Source of the DNA: Selaginella moellendorffii
Taxonomy: Eukaryota > Plantae > Lycopodiophyta
Direction: 5' to 3'
DNA length: 64,000 nucleotides
Assembly: GCF_000143415.4 (NCBI RefSeq)
Contig: NW_003314262.1
Location: 410,078-474,077, forward strand
The position numbers and the translations under genes were made by a program. Positions 1 to 13,400 of this stretch are shown here, in pieces. Below the pieces are notes generated by a model. That model ran no database searches. It was given only the letters and a program-made list of their open reading frames with translations, and had not been told where the DNA came from. Numbering within the stretch: the stretch's first letter is position 1; every line of letters starts with the position of its first letter.

Positions 1-1849
1 TAAAGTAGTAATTCAAGGGTTAGGAGTTGTAATAGTTATTCTATTGCATAATACAACCAAACTATATAAAAAATATAAAGAAAGGATAGTAATCATGAGT
101 TGAAGATAAATGCAATGATAAAAGGTGTAATAAATTGAGTGCAAAAGAATGCCCTCCTATATTTTTTTAGAAAATTACAATTTTGTGACTTTTAGAAAAT
201 GTTTTATTTTTTTCTATCTTCTAGTGGAAATAATACCAACAATCAATATAATGGCATATATACTCTCATAACACATTATAACATCACACCTCTGAAAGAC
301 TACTATAAAATATTTTTCAAGATGGTAAAAAAAAATGGAGATACATGAGTATTACAAGTAGTATTACAAACAGAACACTCGCAAGGATATGAAATGAAAA
401 ATATTTTTTTATATTAATTATATAACATATAAAAAGTTTATATTATCTATAGAAATAATCTTCTACACATTCATGTATGAATTCAAGTGGAAAGTCATGC
501 CCTCTTATCATGCTACTCCTTAAGGATAGACCCACTTTTGGGACCTTTCGATACAAATATCAAATGATGATATACTTAACTACCAATAAAAGTTGGATTA
601 AGGAACAACTCCAATACCAAGTTATAAACAACTAAATTATCCACTAATCTACTCACTTAACTATACCATTAACCATATGGGAGAGTCTTACTCATAACCT
701 CCATAAATCATGTTCCTAACTTAGGGACATATTAGCCCTTTAAATGGTATTTATGCCACTTAGCCTTTACACTTGGTCCAAGTGCTCTATGTGTCCAATC
801 CCATTATAGACACCTTACAGGTACCATTAATATATCAGCTTATTATACTAAAGCCATGTCCATTTACCTTTATCTCGTTAAAAATCCTAGACCACTCGTG
901 CCATAGTCTAGTCTCTCCAAGACTAGGTTATTTATCCATGAGTGGTTATCCCAAGACCACACTCTAGTATCCTTATGATGCTTGGAAACATAAAGAACAC
1001 CCTTCCTTAATGTCCTTTCTTCAATTCTCACTAAGTCCCTCTCCATCCACGGCCATGCTTGCCAACATTATAACTGGGTCAAGGCTTGAAAACCCACCAC
1101 TAAGGTCCACTATCTTTACCACTTGACTCTATCTTTCGTCACTATACAAGAGGATTGCTCCTCTTCCTTTCCACAATCCAAGACTTTGGGACAAGATTTT
1201 GAAACACTGTTGCCCTTCACCTTCCATCTTTAGGTGCTTTAGCCATGTGGCTAAAGTGAGGTTCTAATGAGCCACACAATGTATTTAAGTAGGTAGTGCC
1301 ACTTAGTGGGAGCATTGATTATTTGATCTCCCAAGGGAGATAGAGCTAACTCTTGAACACTTCACAAGGTTATCCCACTTGTTTATCCATGTTCACTCTA
1401 GCTTTGGACTCTTCAGTGATCTCCTCATTTTTATATTGAAATATAAAAGTTATATTAAAGGAAAAATATAAAAACTTATTATAGATCAGTTTATAAATTG
1501 AATCAAATGGTATCATTATAGTAAAGTTAATGTATTTTAAATAGTAACCAATACACTAAGAAATGAATGTTCACTTGGGAAGCTAGCAATGGAAATAACT
1601 ATGTCCAAGCTCTAAATCATTGCTAGAGACAATCTTCCTATATAATTTAATAGGGAAAATTGCACTTATACCTTCAAACTTTGCAAAATTATAAATTTTC
1701 CTCTGGATGTTTTAAAATTAATTTAAAATATTACAAAAATACCTTTAATATTTTCAACACCCTTAAACTAGAATAATCTAAAAATATTCTACTCATTTTA
1801 AAATAATCTAGAATATTTTATTCAATTTTACTTCAAAGTTACAAAATTT

Positions 1850-2750
1850 GGTCAAGGCCAATGCTATTTGCATGAGCTCCACATGATTGCAACATCAAGT
1901 GGAGCATCAGAGCTTACCTGTTGAATTGGAAAATATAAATTATGTATTATAAGACTGAGGGTTAAATTTATAAGTTGCATGCATCAATTCTATAAGGGAT
2001 AGTTTGTTTAATTTGAATCTTCATCAATCTCTGGGGATCCATACATTTGAGGAATAAGTTTTATGTGGATTATTGATAGGTTTTAACAAACCTTGGTAGA
2101 AGAAATAGGATTGAACATGAAAAGCATGATTGGGGATTTATGAAGCATTACATTGTTCATTTAGTTGATATGACAATATTGGAAATTCACTTAGAGCACC
2201 ATATTTGAGTTGTGAAGTTTGTTATAAAGACTTTTATTGCTGTGGTTAGCAAATGATCAGTATTCCATGTGTTTATACAGTTGCAACTAACATGTTTGAA
2301 AAGAACATATGCAATCCTACACTCAACATTACTACTCACTTGAAGCTTATTGTGGGGCATATATAAATGTTATCTATCTTTTTGATCTAGAGGGCTTGCA
2401 CAAAGATAATACACAACTACCAAGAATACAATATTCTCCTAGTTGTTGAAAGAAAAATCATGTACAAATGGAAGACATTGGTCGAGTGAAGAGGGTTTTC
2501 TATTATGGATGATACCATCAAGTTGGACATAACTCATGAACTTGTCAGTAACCAATTTGATTAGTTTATTTTGGTTATAATATTGAGAATTATATATGTG
2601 ATTGTTTGACTTATCAAGCAGTCAAAGTTGATCATCAGAAATTTACTAGCCTCTCTCATACTATATGTGTACCCAAGAATAAGTGGGATAGCAACTCAAT
2701 GGGCTTCACTAGTTTACTTACGACCTTTTTAGGAAATGATGTTATCTTAT
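1850..2750 (+). mobile_element. Highly decayed Ty3/gypsy pol (integrase) remnant, same family as 34.5-37.6 kb
   Basis: 2580-2750 (gattgtttgacttatcaagcagtcaaagttgatcatcag...gaataagtgggatagc...gaaatgatgttat) aligns by eye with 36641-36810 of the gypsy integrase. Differences are mostly C>T/G>A. No ORF. Left boundary is approximate. Confidence 0.65.
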
Positions 2751-2861
2751 AGTGTATGTAGTTTTCACCTTTGACACTTTAGTGAATTACTATAGGAGAA
2801 CCACATAACAGATTCTATCTCTTAGACCTGTTTGTTAAGGGCAATGCAAATGAAGCCATAA

Positions 2862-4920
2862 TGTTATGTGAGAAATATAGAATGATGTCATATATCCTTG
2901 ACTTAGTAAATTTTCATTCCTTCTTAGTTTTTCCAATTAAGCTATGAACTGTAACTTGATCTAACACAAGGACCAATCAAGAGGCAACAAAGCTCCAAAA
3001 AAGATCATTTATTGAAGCCATTTAATAAAGGGCCATATGGCTATGAATCAAGATGGCAATAATTGGATCTATCATTGTGGTAAGCACTCATTTGATATCC
3101 ATTTTGAGTATCAATCTAGAGATCAAGAAGAAGGAAGTGGAAGAACAAGAAAGTGGTAGCTCTAAGAAGGAAGGTTTGATGTGCGAAGATGATCTATGTA
3201 AGAAAATTTAAACTAGTTGAATTTAGGCTTCTTCTTGAACTCAATCCTGACACATCCATGTGTCACAACACTTGCTATGTGTTAGTCTTTTTGTGTCCTT
3301 TTTAAAGACTCATTCACCAATTGCTTCGTGCTCATTCCTCAAGCACTTTATTTAGAGTTTCACTCCTATTCTCGACTTTCTAAATTGAAGCTTTTGGTCC
3401 AAATATGTTATGCTTGTTAGACTTCCATTTCAACCACTACTATGGCACCTTTTTAGCACTTTGGGGCTTAGGGATTTGTGTTTCCCATTAGTCTCTAAGA
3501 CAACCCTAAAACTTATTAAATATTGAATAGTGCTAAATTGTGAATTAGATGTAAGAACAACACCATCATGTTCAAAACTCTATATTATATACCCCATTAA
3601 CAGCTAAAAAGTGAATTTCTCTAACTAAATAACACATGTTTAACCAATAGCACTTAGGAATACCATTCTTATGCTCTTGTAGTCAACTTTATATGCAAAA
3701 ACCAGTTTCTTAACTAGCTTGGGTAAAAATTGATAAAGAGTTTAATAATACTAACCTTTTGTAGTCATGACACTAAGAGAAGAAAATTTGAAAGGACTTA
3801 CCAATAAGCAATTTTTAATACCTAAATCACATTCTCAATATATCTGGGTTATTATGGATTTTTTGACAAAGATTTTTCACTTTTTCCTAGTGTAAATGAC
3901 TGAAAAGAATGGCTCAAGAAATGTTCCATTAAGTTCATAAAAGTACACCCCCTTTTCCAAAAAGTTTTAGGATATTTAGGGTTAACTATCTTCAAGTTTA
4001 AGTAACACTAAGTCTAGTGATTTTTCAAGAAGTTTAAATTCAAGAGTTCACATTTAGTATTAAAGAAGTTTCAAATATGACTCTATTAGTTAGCAAGGGG
4101 AATTCTAGTTTGCTTCTTATTGGGCTAAAGCCAATAAGGTAGGCTGTCAAAGGAGTAGGGCTCTTATGAGAGCTATAATTCTTACTTATAAATAAAAATG
4201 CACTTACTTTTTTAAGATTAAGGGTTTTGAGATATTTTGGGTTTGTGTTGGGTAACCTCTTAAGAAGTTTAAATTCAAAAATTCATAAATAACAACTAAA
4301 ACTTCTAACTTGCTCAAATGTTTATAGAAGCTAAGTTGAGCTTTTGTAAACTTCAAACTAAGTTAAGGATAAGTAGTGGTGAGCATCCATAATCAAATGG
4401 GCAAACAAAGTGTAAAGTATAAAATAATTCTTTTATGGGAAACTTGCTTTGGTAAGGAGTTGTCTTATTGTTCTAAATTGAGTTATAATTATTATATAAT
4501 TTGAGTTGTTACTCTATTCTCATTTTATTATTCCCATGACTATATTGTTATGTGAGAAATATAGAATGTTGTTATATATCCTTGACTTAGCAAATTTTCA
4601 TTCCTTCTTAGTTTTTCCAATTAAGCTATGAACTATAACTTGATCTGGCACAAAGACCAATTTAGAAATAGCCAAGAGGTAGCAAAACTCCAAAAAAGAT
4701 CATTCACTAAAGCCATTTGGCCATCATGAGCACATACAAAGGGCCATATGGCTGTGAATCAAGGTGGCAATAATTGGGTCTATCATTCTGGTGAGTACTT
4801 GTTTGATATCCATTTTGAGTATCAATCTAGAGATAAAGAAGAAGAAAGTGGTAGCTCTAAAAAGGAATGTTGACTGTGCAAAGATGATATGTGCAAGAAA
4901 ATTTAAACTAAGCTGAATAT
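2862..4920. repeat. Pair of ~360-bp dispersed direct repeats (2862-~3222 and 4546-~4920), possibly old LTR fragments
   Basis: Both begin TGTTATGTGAGAAATATAGAATG and remain collinear to GAAAATTTAAACTA. An integrase-like snippet (gtagtggtgagcatcc, ~4373) lies between them. Confidence 0.75.
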
Positions 4921-6991
4921 TCTAAATGTATAGCACTTTTTCCTGTCTTTTATAAGGCATAAGCAGAGTTTATATATTTTTCAGAGTGATGGTGAGAAGG
5001 AATATTAAAAGAAAGAGGTAGAGAAAGGGAAAGAGGAGATAAGAATGAGAAGTAAAGCCACACCCAATAAATTAGAGAAGATTTCTAGTGAAGAAGGAGG
5101 AGCTTATTGATTACTAAGCATGAGTGCCAATAACAATCTTTCTCATGGAACTCTATCAATATATGATTTATATCTCTATCTTTGATCTCAAAGATAACCA
5201 TCCACTATATGTGTTATACAAGCATAGGAATGCCTATGGAATTTAGCTATATCCTTGTAAATCCATATATTTTATAGCTAATTGCAACACTAATCATAGT
5301 AGGACTATGGTTATCACAATTGTTAGTTTCATAATAAAAAACCACAAGTAAACTCAGTTGGGTAGTAGATTGAGTTTTATTGATTAACTTTAAATACTCT
5401 GTTATTTTTGTTTTTATGTAATTTATCTACAGCATTGAGTTATAAGAAATATTAATTTAGAAGAATTTTAACCCAATTTTTACTCTTTCTGTAGATGTTA
5501 AGAATATTCTTAAAACTTTTTACTTTTATTAAAATATGCATTTTTCAACACATTTGCATTTAACTAAATCAACCTTCATTTTTTAATTCATTTTTCCCTG
5601 AAAGTTCCTAAGTTTTATTTCATTTTGGTTTGCTTCATAAAACTTTTGGGTTGGTAGTGTATATACCTAGAATATGCTTTGTTATTAGAGGATTTTCTAT
5701 CTTATTCATTTATATTAATCTTGTATTTATAATTTATAAGCATTTTTATAATTTATAAACTTTCCTAAATACTTCCAAGTATATTCTAGTTTATTATAGA
5801 ATATATGAAATAAATTAATCATGTTTTTATAACTTATAAATATGTTTATATTATAAACTTCTACTTGATCAATTGAATTAATAAAGAGAAATATAAATTA
5901 AAAATTTAAATAATTTGTTGCGTGTTGCATGGTTTACGTAATATTAGTGTTATTCAGTTAAATTGAGCAGAAAATTATTATGAAAAAATTTATTTTCTTA
6001 AAAAGGAAAACTTGGTTTTTTATGTAACAAATTGTTTGTGAGCATCATCCCAGCAAATGCCTCTAGTCTCCTTGAGGTAACCCGGCACTTCATTGAGAAA
6101 TCATATAAGCAGCATCTCCCATCCCAATGCATAGAATAAGGAGAGAAAATGCCTCAATGCTATTTCCAATTTATGTGAATGGCAAATAAAAAGTCCTTAG
6201 ATAATTGCTGGAACCCGAGGAATCACTTGCCCTTCTCCTTCATCCTGCTGCGGCTCATACTCATTTTCCACTTGTTTGTGAAAAAAGCTTAAAATTTCCA
6301 TGATTAACTTCTATTAGCCTTTGAATTCAAAATGGCACTTCATTAAAATCAACTTATATCCTTAGAGTGTTCAAGAGCCAATTCTTATAAACCATAGGTT
6401 TAAACACAGTAGAGCCCTCCCAATTTGCTTGCTGGGCACACTAAACTCTCCCAGTTTGGTCCCATTGCTACTGGAATGGACATTTGATCTTCACTACTAT
6501 TAACCACAGCCTGTGCTCGGCGCTCTTATATTTCTCATTGCTCAAAATCCGCAAGAAAACAAAAAGAAGGCATTAACTTTGACCAGTCAGTCAACACTAG
6601 TAAACGAGAGAGAGTGAACGCTGACCTGGATCTGGTTGCCAAGATTGACCACTAACGAGTAATGTATGGGTTTCAGTCCCACTTCGTCTAGCAGCAATGC
6701 CAGCTTGCTCCATAAAGCTTTAAAAGAATCTATACAAATACTTTTTTGTGAATATACATATAACTTCTTTTCTAATATTATAGTAACAATTGACTTCTTA
6801 AACTCAAATATAACTTTACATTGTTTGTTGTATAATAATGGCATATGCTAGGGACACATATTTTAATTACTAAATTTTAATAGCTAAGATTAAACAATAG
6901 AAGTTGGGATCATAAAAAGAAATTGAAAAGGCTGGGAAGAAGTGCAACACAAGAGAGCATCCAAGGTGACAATTGCTAGCCAGAAGGCTCA

Positions 6992-6992
<1 letters not shown>

Positions 6993-7030
<38 letters not shown>
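6993..7030. repeat. (CT)n microsatellite
   Basis: Uninterrupted CT dinucleotide run. Confidence 0.95.
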
Positions 7031-7033
<3 letters not shown>

Positions 7034-7129
7034 TTCAAGAAGGTGTTTTGTGTGGTGATTGGACGTGAGCAAATGCCTGTTATTCTTCCTCCTAAAGAAG
7101 TTACTTGGATGTCTAACAAACATACCAAT

Positions 7130-10005
7130 GATGGCATGAGGATTTCAAGTAGAACAACATCACTGCTAAAACAATGTTGATTGAATGTGTTCACTTAGAG
7201 GATGTCCTCAAAGTGAAGAATTACCAGACAGCTTGGAACACACTTCAACAGTTTTATTGAGATGAGCATCTTTCGCCAAATGGTGAATTGTCGTCAAGGG
7301 CTAAAAAGGTGCAAGATTATATCGATTGCATGACTGCTCTTGGGGATAAGTTGCAGAACATGCGATCCACCTTTTCAGATGCAAGCGGGGCTCTCATGAT
7401 ACTTGGGTTGAACTAAGTATCAGAAAGCAAAGATCGAGCTTCAAACAAATTGCCTTTTTCCGGGGTCAGGTTAGGTGATCTCAAACATTCATCACTATGC
7501 CAGTTTGAACAAGGTGTTTCAAGACAAGGATGCTGCTGGAGAATCCAAAGATGAGGAGACTGTGGGGATGTTGGCCCATTTTGCAGGAAAGAACTCCATC
7601 ATACGACATAAATTCACAAATGAATTGAACTCAGTGGATCAAGCACAGCAGGAATATGGGAGTGTTCACTGTAACAAGTGTTGAATATTTGGACATTATG
7701 CAACCGATTGTTCCAGCCAAAGTATTGTAATAGAAAAGGACTGATTGCAAATCTAGCAGCACACGAAGAAGAGGAGGCACAAGCTGGTTGTTGGATAGTG
7801 GAGCAATGCACCATATAACTTCAGAGAAAGCTTTCTTATGACAGATAAGTTATAGAAAATTTGGTGTGGCTGTTAGCACAATAAGTAGTGAGAGTTTGCA
7901 AATAATTGCATTTGGCACTGTTTATTTTTCTTGTCTCCAACTTGAGGTTTCTAATGTTTTATATATGCCAAAACTAGCAAAGCATCTTCTGTCCATTTCC
8001 AAACAAGTTGAGCAAGGAGTGTACACATACTTTCATCAGTCTGTAGCAGATTTTATCTTTCAACATACATGCATTGCTCAGGCAACAGCCTTGAATAGCC
8101 TTTATTTTTTAACTTTTGAAAGTTGAAGTATGAATTTCATTTCCATTTCTGATCATTCGTTGTTACAGCTATGGCATAGCCGATTAGGACATGCAAGTTT
8201 TGACGTATCAAAGAGACTCCAACACTGACTAAAGTCTTTGAATGGTGCTTGATATTTTCTACTAATCATGGACGACATGAGTCGTTTCAGAAGTGTTTAA
8301 TTTCTAAAACAGATATCTGGGACACCTCAAAAGTTTCTTCAGTGGATTCGTCAATCCAAAACTAAGCTCAAGGTACTGTTATATGTGTTACGAGTTGATG
8401 GAGGATGGAAACTTCTCTCTAAAGAATTCCAGACAATCCTATCATCACGTGGTGTTTCCCTCCAAATCTCTACACTATATGAGCATGGCCAAAACGTGGT
8501 TGTGGAGTGAAGAATGCTGACAGTCTTTGACGCAGGCCAGAGTGATGCTAAAAGCAAATGTTCCTACATTCTTTTAGACTGAAGCCATAAACACTGTAGT
8601 TCATATTCAAAATCTTCTTCCTATGAAGGCCGTACGAACAAGACACTATATGAGATGTGGACAGGTTCAAAACCTTCTCTTTCATATATACATGTTTTTG
8701 GAGGTGTAGGTTTTCCATATGTTTTGGACGAGGAACGGCAGAGCACATGGGAGGATTGCTCAACAAAGTGTATGATACAGTGAAAACACAAAAGATGGCT
8801 ATTGTGTTTGGATTTTTCAATAAAAGAAAGTACTAGTAAGGTAGACTGTATTCTTTCGTGAAAGTATTCCTACATATTCTACCTCACAAACAGGATCCCA
8901 AGTATTTTCTCCATCCGGTTTTAACCTTTGGAAATGAGACTTTCAGTGAACCATCTAGAACTTTTCTACCACTTCCAATAGAGCCACCCCCACCACTAAC
9001 ACCTTTGGATCCACCTCCTTTGCTACCTTTGGAAATACCTCTGCCATCTGAGGAAAGGCCACTACCATCATCACGAGAAGATTATTATGTCTCCAATGGT
9101 TTTAATCCTTTGATTTCTGAACAAGGTACTTTTATTCAAGGTTCTAGATATTGGGAATATAGATCCAAGGGCTGATATTGAATCACCATATCACGATGAA
9201 CCCATAGATGATACAACTGATAATCTGGCTCCTAAACAATCTCTTAGATCTTGGAAACCAACGAGGGATACTGTGCAATACCATGTTTAAATTGCACAAG
9301 TTATTCATGAACCAACAACCTTGGACGAGGCACTCTTTAGACCGAGTGGCAAGTAGTGATGCAAAATGAATAGCTGGACAACAACTCATGGACTCTTATT
9401 CTGCCACAAGAGAGGCATCCATCATAAAGTGTAAGTGGGTACATAAACTAAAGTACAAGGAGATAGGTGAGATTGATTGATATAAGGCAAGGTTAGTAGT
9501 GGAAGGATGCATGCAATGGGTCAGGATTAATTAAAGTGAGATCTGGTTTCCATTAGATTTGTTCTTGCCATAGCTAATCACTTGGAATTTGAGATTGAGT
9601 AAATGGACGTTAAAAATGCATTCCTCAAAAGTGAATTAGAGTAGCCAGTGTATATGCAACAGCCTCATGGTTTTGAGGTTCAAGGCATATGCAAATTACA
9701 TCACTCTATATATAGTCTTAAACAATTGCCGAGCAAGACCCTAAACAAATTTTTACTAATGCTCATGTGCAAAAGCAGATTGGAATTTATACTATTGTGT
9801 TAGAGAAGGCTTGATAATTCTAGTATGCATTTACATTGATGATCTCATCATGGGTAAAAAGATGCTGAATTTTCAATGGCTTATAGAACACCTATCTAGG
9901 CAACTTAAAATGGCTGACAAGTAAAATTTCATTCTATTTGGGCTTATAAATTTGTTGTGACAGAGAAAAGTGTATCCTTAAGATTCATCAACACAAATAT
10001 ATAGC
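7130..10005 (+). mobile_element. Degenerate Ty1/copia retrotransposon (gag-PR-IN-RT), truncated, many stops and frameshifts
   Basis: Motifs in copia order: CCHC knuckle remnant ~7670-7712, DSGA protease ~7793, WHSRLGH ~8171, integrase remnants, CKWVHKLK ~9430, MDVKNAFL ~9603, YIDDL ~9832. Confidence 0.85.
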
Positions 10006-10058
10006 AAGAAGTGAGAGCGCCCGAAAATCTGGCTTAGAAAGTGCTACTATTTTGTAAA

Positions 10059-10131
10059 GCGCTTGTAGCTCAGTTGATAGAGCGTCTGTTTCCGGAGCAG
10101 AAAGTTACAGGTTCGATCCCTGTCCTGCTCG
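10059..10131 (+). tRNA. tRNA-Arg(CCG)-like sequence, probably a pseudogene
   Basis: D arm AGCTCAGTTGATAGAGC, anticodon arm TCTGT-TTCCGGA-GCAGA, T arm ACAGG-TTCGATC-CCTGT. The acceptor stem has three mismatches and no poly-T terminator follows. Confidence 0.7.
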
Positions 10132-10180
10132 CAAGCAATCATTAAGGTCAGAGTCAACGGTCATGTTGACGCGACCATAA

Positions 10181-10495
10181 GCTCTTACTCGTCGTGGAAG
10201 GAGTACGCGAGGAACCACATTTGAGGATTGGTGTTCACTGCACTGCAGGTATGGCGAATCCATACGAGCAAACGCGGAGATCTTGCTCAGGTGGCTGGAG
10301 GCGTTTCGAGAATCCAGCGAGACAAACAAGTTTTTTCTTCACCACCCCGACTTTGGGCCGCGACAAGTTTTGGTGGATCCAGCGTCGGGGCATGCCAAAT
10401 GCATTCTGGACTGGAGGAGCTGTTTGCGCTGTGCAGAGTCGTCTGGAGAGTGTGGCAAAATGCAGAAGCTGGGAGTTCTCCTCGCTTCCCCATGA
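10181..10495 (+). pseudogene. APH/choline-kinase-like phosphotransferase fragment
   Basis: FFLHHPDFGPRQVLVDP...CILDW matches the HxDxxxxN...DW catalytic signature of the APH family. Probable frameshift right after DW. No N-lobe visible. Confidence 0.55.
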
Positions 10496-11149
10496 CATGC
10501 ACATTCTTTTATCATCTTTTCTCAGAAGCTGTTCTTGTTCAGGCATTGTCGTGGATTTGTTCTCAAACCCAGAGCTGCACGAGGTAGAAACAACGTTATG
10601 TTCTTTGTGATCTTATAGTTTTAGTTCTTCCAGGTGGAGACAGGTGGAGACATGGTTGAAACTCCGGAAGAGATTGAAACCAGGAGGCCGGATCATGATC
10701 AACTTCGTGGAGAAAAGGATCTCCCGGATCTCCAAAAATGGTCTCAGGCTCTTCCCGAGAGGCTACAAAAAGGCACACTCGAATGGAAAGCTTTCGATTG
10801 ACAGGCCTTCTCTCGGGAAAGAAAAAAAAAATCTCAATCTCGTCTCATGGTGGAAAGAATCTGACCAGCGTAAGCACAACCTCTCTGTGTATACTTCGAG
10901 ATGCATCGGTCAATGCAGGTCATCTCGCCAAGATTAAGATCCGGATCCTTGTAACTGTGAGCACAGTCCATCCAAAAATTATTTCTTTTGGAAGTTTCAA
11001 GCTGAGAACTCACTTTTTTTCCAATACATTTGTCGCAGCACAGTTTGGTGGATCGTGGGAAAAAAAATCCCCAATAAGCTCGCAGCTGGAAGCAAATCCA
11101 AGAGACTTATCACCAAACGGAGGAGGAGGGACATTTGAAAAAGCAATTT

Positions 11150-12446
11150 TCGCCGGAAAATGCCAGTCATCCTCTCCAGCAGGTTCATCGCCTCGTCCAT
11201 CTTTCCCAGCCGCTCACGAGGGAGTTGTAAGTCACCGTGTTCGGTATACAGCTGCCGCTCTTGATCATCCGGCCGAAGAGATCGATCGCCTCCTGTCCTT
11301 ACAAGGTCCATCGATCAAGCACGAGTACGTGTCAACGTCGGGACGGAAGCACCAGCTGCTCGAAGACTCGCAGAGCATCATCCGACTTCTTTGACTGTGA
11401 AGATATTCGGTCTCCTCCAGGAGGTCGTAGGCCTCGCTCGCCCGCTCGGCCGACCGCTGATTAGGCTGTTGTAAGTCACGGCCGTGGGGACGCACTTCTT
11501 CCGCATCTTGGACAGCAGCGCCACAGCCTCGTCGACCCAGCCACCTTTGCAGAGCCCGTCGATGAGAACCGTGTACGTGACAACGTTGGGAGTGAGTCTC
11601 CGGTTGGCCATCTGCCCCGGAAACTTTTGAGCTTCGTGGAGCCGGTTGTCGACGCAGAGGGGCAGTGTTGGAAGCCTTTGGAACCATTCTTGCCAGGAAG
11701 ATCAAGGCCTGCTCCAGCCGCTTCGTCCCTGGATCAGGCTGGTGTAGGTGACGAACTCCGCCGAGCAAGAGTTCGCCGCTACCATCTTCTCGTACACGGC
11801 CACCGCAGCATCGAGCGTCTTCCCTTTGCAGTACGAGGACACCACCAGATTGTGGAGCGGGAGTTCCAGGAGCTTCTTCCTCGACTCGGTGACAAGCACC
11901 TCGGCGTCCTCGATCATCTTGGCCTTGCAAAGCGGACGAACGAGGAGATAGTAGCTCGTCACGTCCTCGGCCGCCATCTCCACCATCTTCCGGAAGAGCA
12001 GCTTGGCATCGTCGAACCGGGCCTCCTTGCAGAGAGTGGCATTGCACTCCGCGGTGCCTCGACTCTTGAGATCGACGAGCACCTCGCAGGCCATCGCGAC
12101 GTCGCCAAAGCCCGTGCAAGATGACCGCGAAAGTGGACGCGTTTGGGAGCTGCCAGGAGTCGACCACCTCGGACAGGAGCTCTCGGGCGCGATCACGGAG
12201 GAGAACACGCAGGAAGTAGTTGTTGGAGTGGCGGTAGCCGCTGTGCTGCGCGTACGTGAAGAAGAACACGGCATCGTCGACGAACTTGGGAGCCTGGATG
12301 ACTTTGCTGACGATCTTCGGCGTGAGATCTCCGCTCCACGCGTCTAGAGCTTCGGTCTTGAAGGGATTGGGAGCCGTGGAGCGGAGGATGTGGAGGAGGC
12401 TCTCGACTTGGAGCAAGAGGTCGGAGAACTCGTCCGCGCCGGCCAT
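11150..12446 (-). pseudogene. P-class pentatricopeptide-repeat (PPR) pseudogene
   Basis: PPR motifs split across frames: PNASTFAVILHGL, LCKEARFDDAKLLFRKM, PNVVTYTVLIDGLCKGGWVDEAVALLSKM, PTAVTYNSLIS, PDVDTYSCLIDG, LGKMDEAMNLLERM. At least four frame changes. Confidence 0.9.
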
Positions 12447-12934
12447 TCGCGAGAGGGCCTCGCTTGCTCGAGTCGGGAGATGGAGATTGAGATGGGAACT
12501 CTTCGTGAGATGAAACTTCAAACAAGACGCTCTCGTCTTCTACTTTCCAAATCGTCAAGCTGGCCTCGATTGCGCTGCGGCATCGCATACATCCATGATC
12601 GAATCCACGAGGCATCGTTTCCTGCTGCGATTGCTATGCTCCTCCCTCGCGTGAGATCTCTCCTCCCCGTGGGAAAGTATAAAAGAGATCTTCCTGTTTT
12701 ATATCTCTAGGAGGATGTCTTGGTTGATAAGCGATCTTAGTGCTTTTGCTTCGTTTGTACTTGGGGATCGTTCCACCACTCAAACTCAAACGATGAATCC
12801 AGGAGCGTGTGGGGGGACGTGGACAAATCTCCCCTTCCAAGACGGAATCAATCAAGCACTACATGATCAACAAAAGACGACAACATTCAAGTGTTTTTTT
12901 AGTACTGTTAATGCTAACGTATTGTAACGTATGC

Positions 12935-13400
12935 TAACAGCAGCAACAAAAGAAGCAGTGTGGCTGAGCAAGCTGCTTGAAGACTTGCGAATCCGAGTCT
13001 CTTCCATCAAGCTTTGGTGTGACAATCAGTCTGCCATTGCTCTCACAAGGAACTCTCGATTCCATTCAAGAACGAAGCACATTGAACTGAGGTTTTATTT
13101 CATCTGGGAACTCATTGACAAAGGCAAAAATCTTCTGGAATTTTGTCTTACCAACACGATGTTGGCAGACGTCCTGACCATAGCTCTACCTCATGTACAG
13201 CATTAATTCTTCCTAAAGACACTCAAAGGTAGATGATGGAAACCTTGAGGAGGAGTGTCGGGAAGCACAAGGTCCATGTCATTAGCCACATCACATATCC
13301 TCATCAACTGTCAAGAGTTGCCACATCCTCCTTCTATATAACCACTAAAATACAATGAAGTAGCTACCAAGCTGTTTTCATAAATCCTACATGGTATCGA
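12935..13400 (+). mobile_element. Ty1/copia 3' fragment: RNase H end, PPT, 136-bp LTR (13256-13391), PBS stub
   Basis: KEAVWLSKLL...WCDNQSAIAL...HSRTKHIELRFYF...LADVLT; PPT GAGGAGGAG; LTR TGTCGG...CCTACA; TGGTATC at 13392. Confidence 0.9.

Noticed and set aside
6050-6660. Possible coding relic on the minus strand
   Set aside because: Higher GC and some open stretches, but interrupted by stops and with no recognisable motif.
10738-12710. Plus-strand ORFs over the PPR region and other antisense ORFs in GC-rich genes
   Set aside because: Shadow ORFs of GC-rich coding sequence on the opposite strand.
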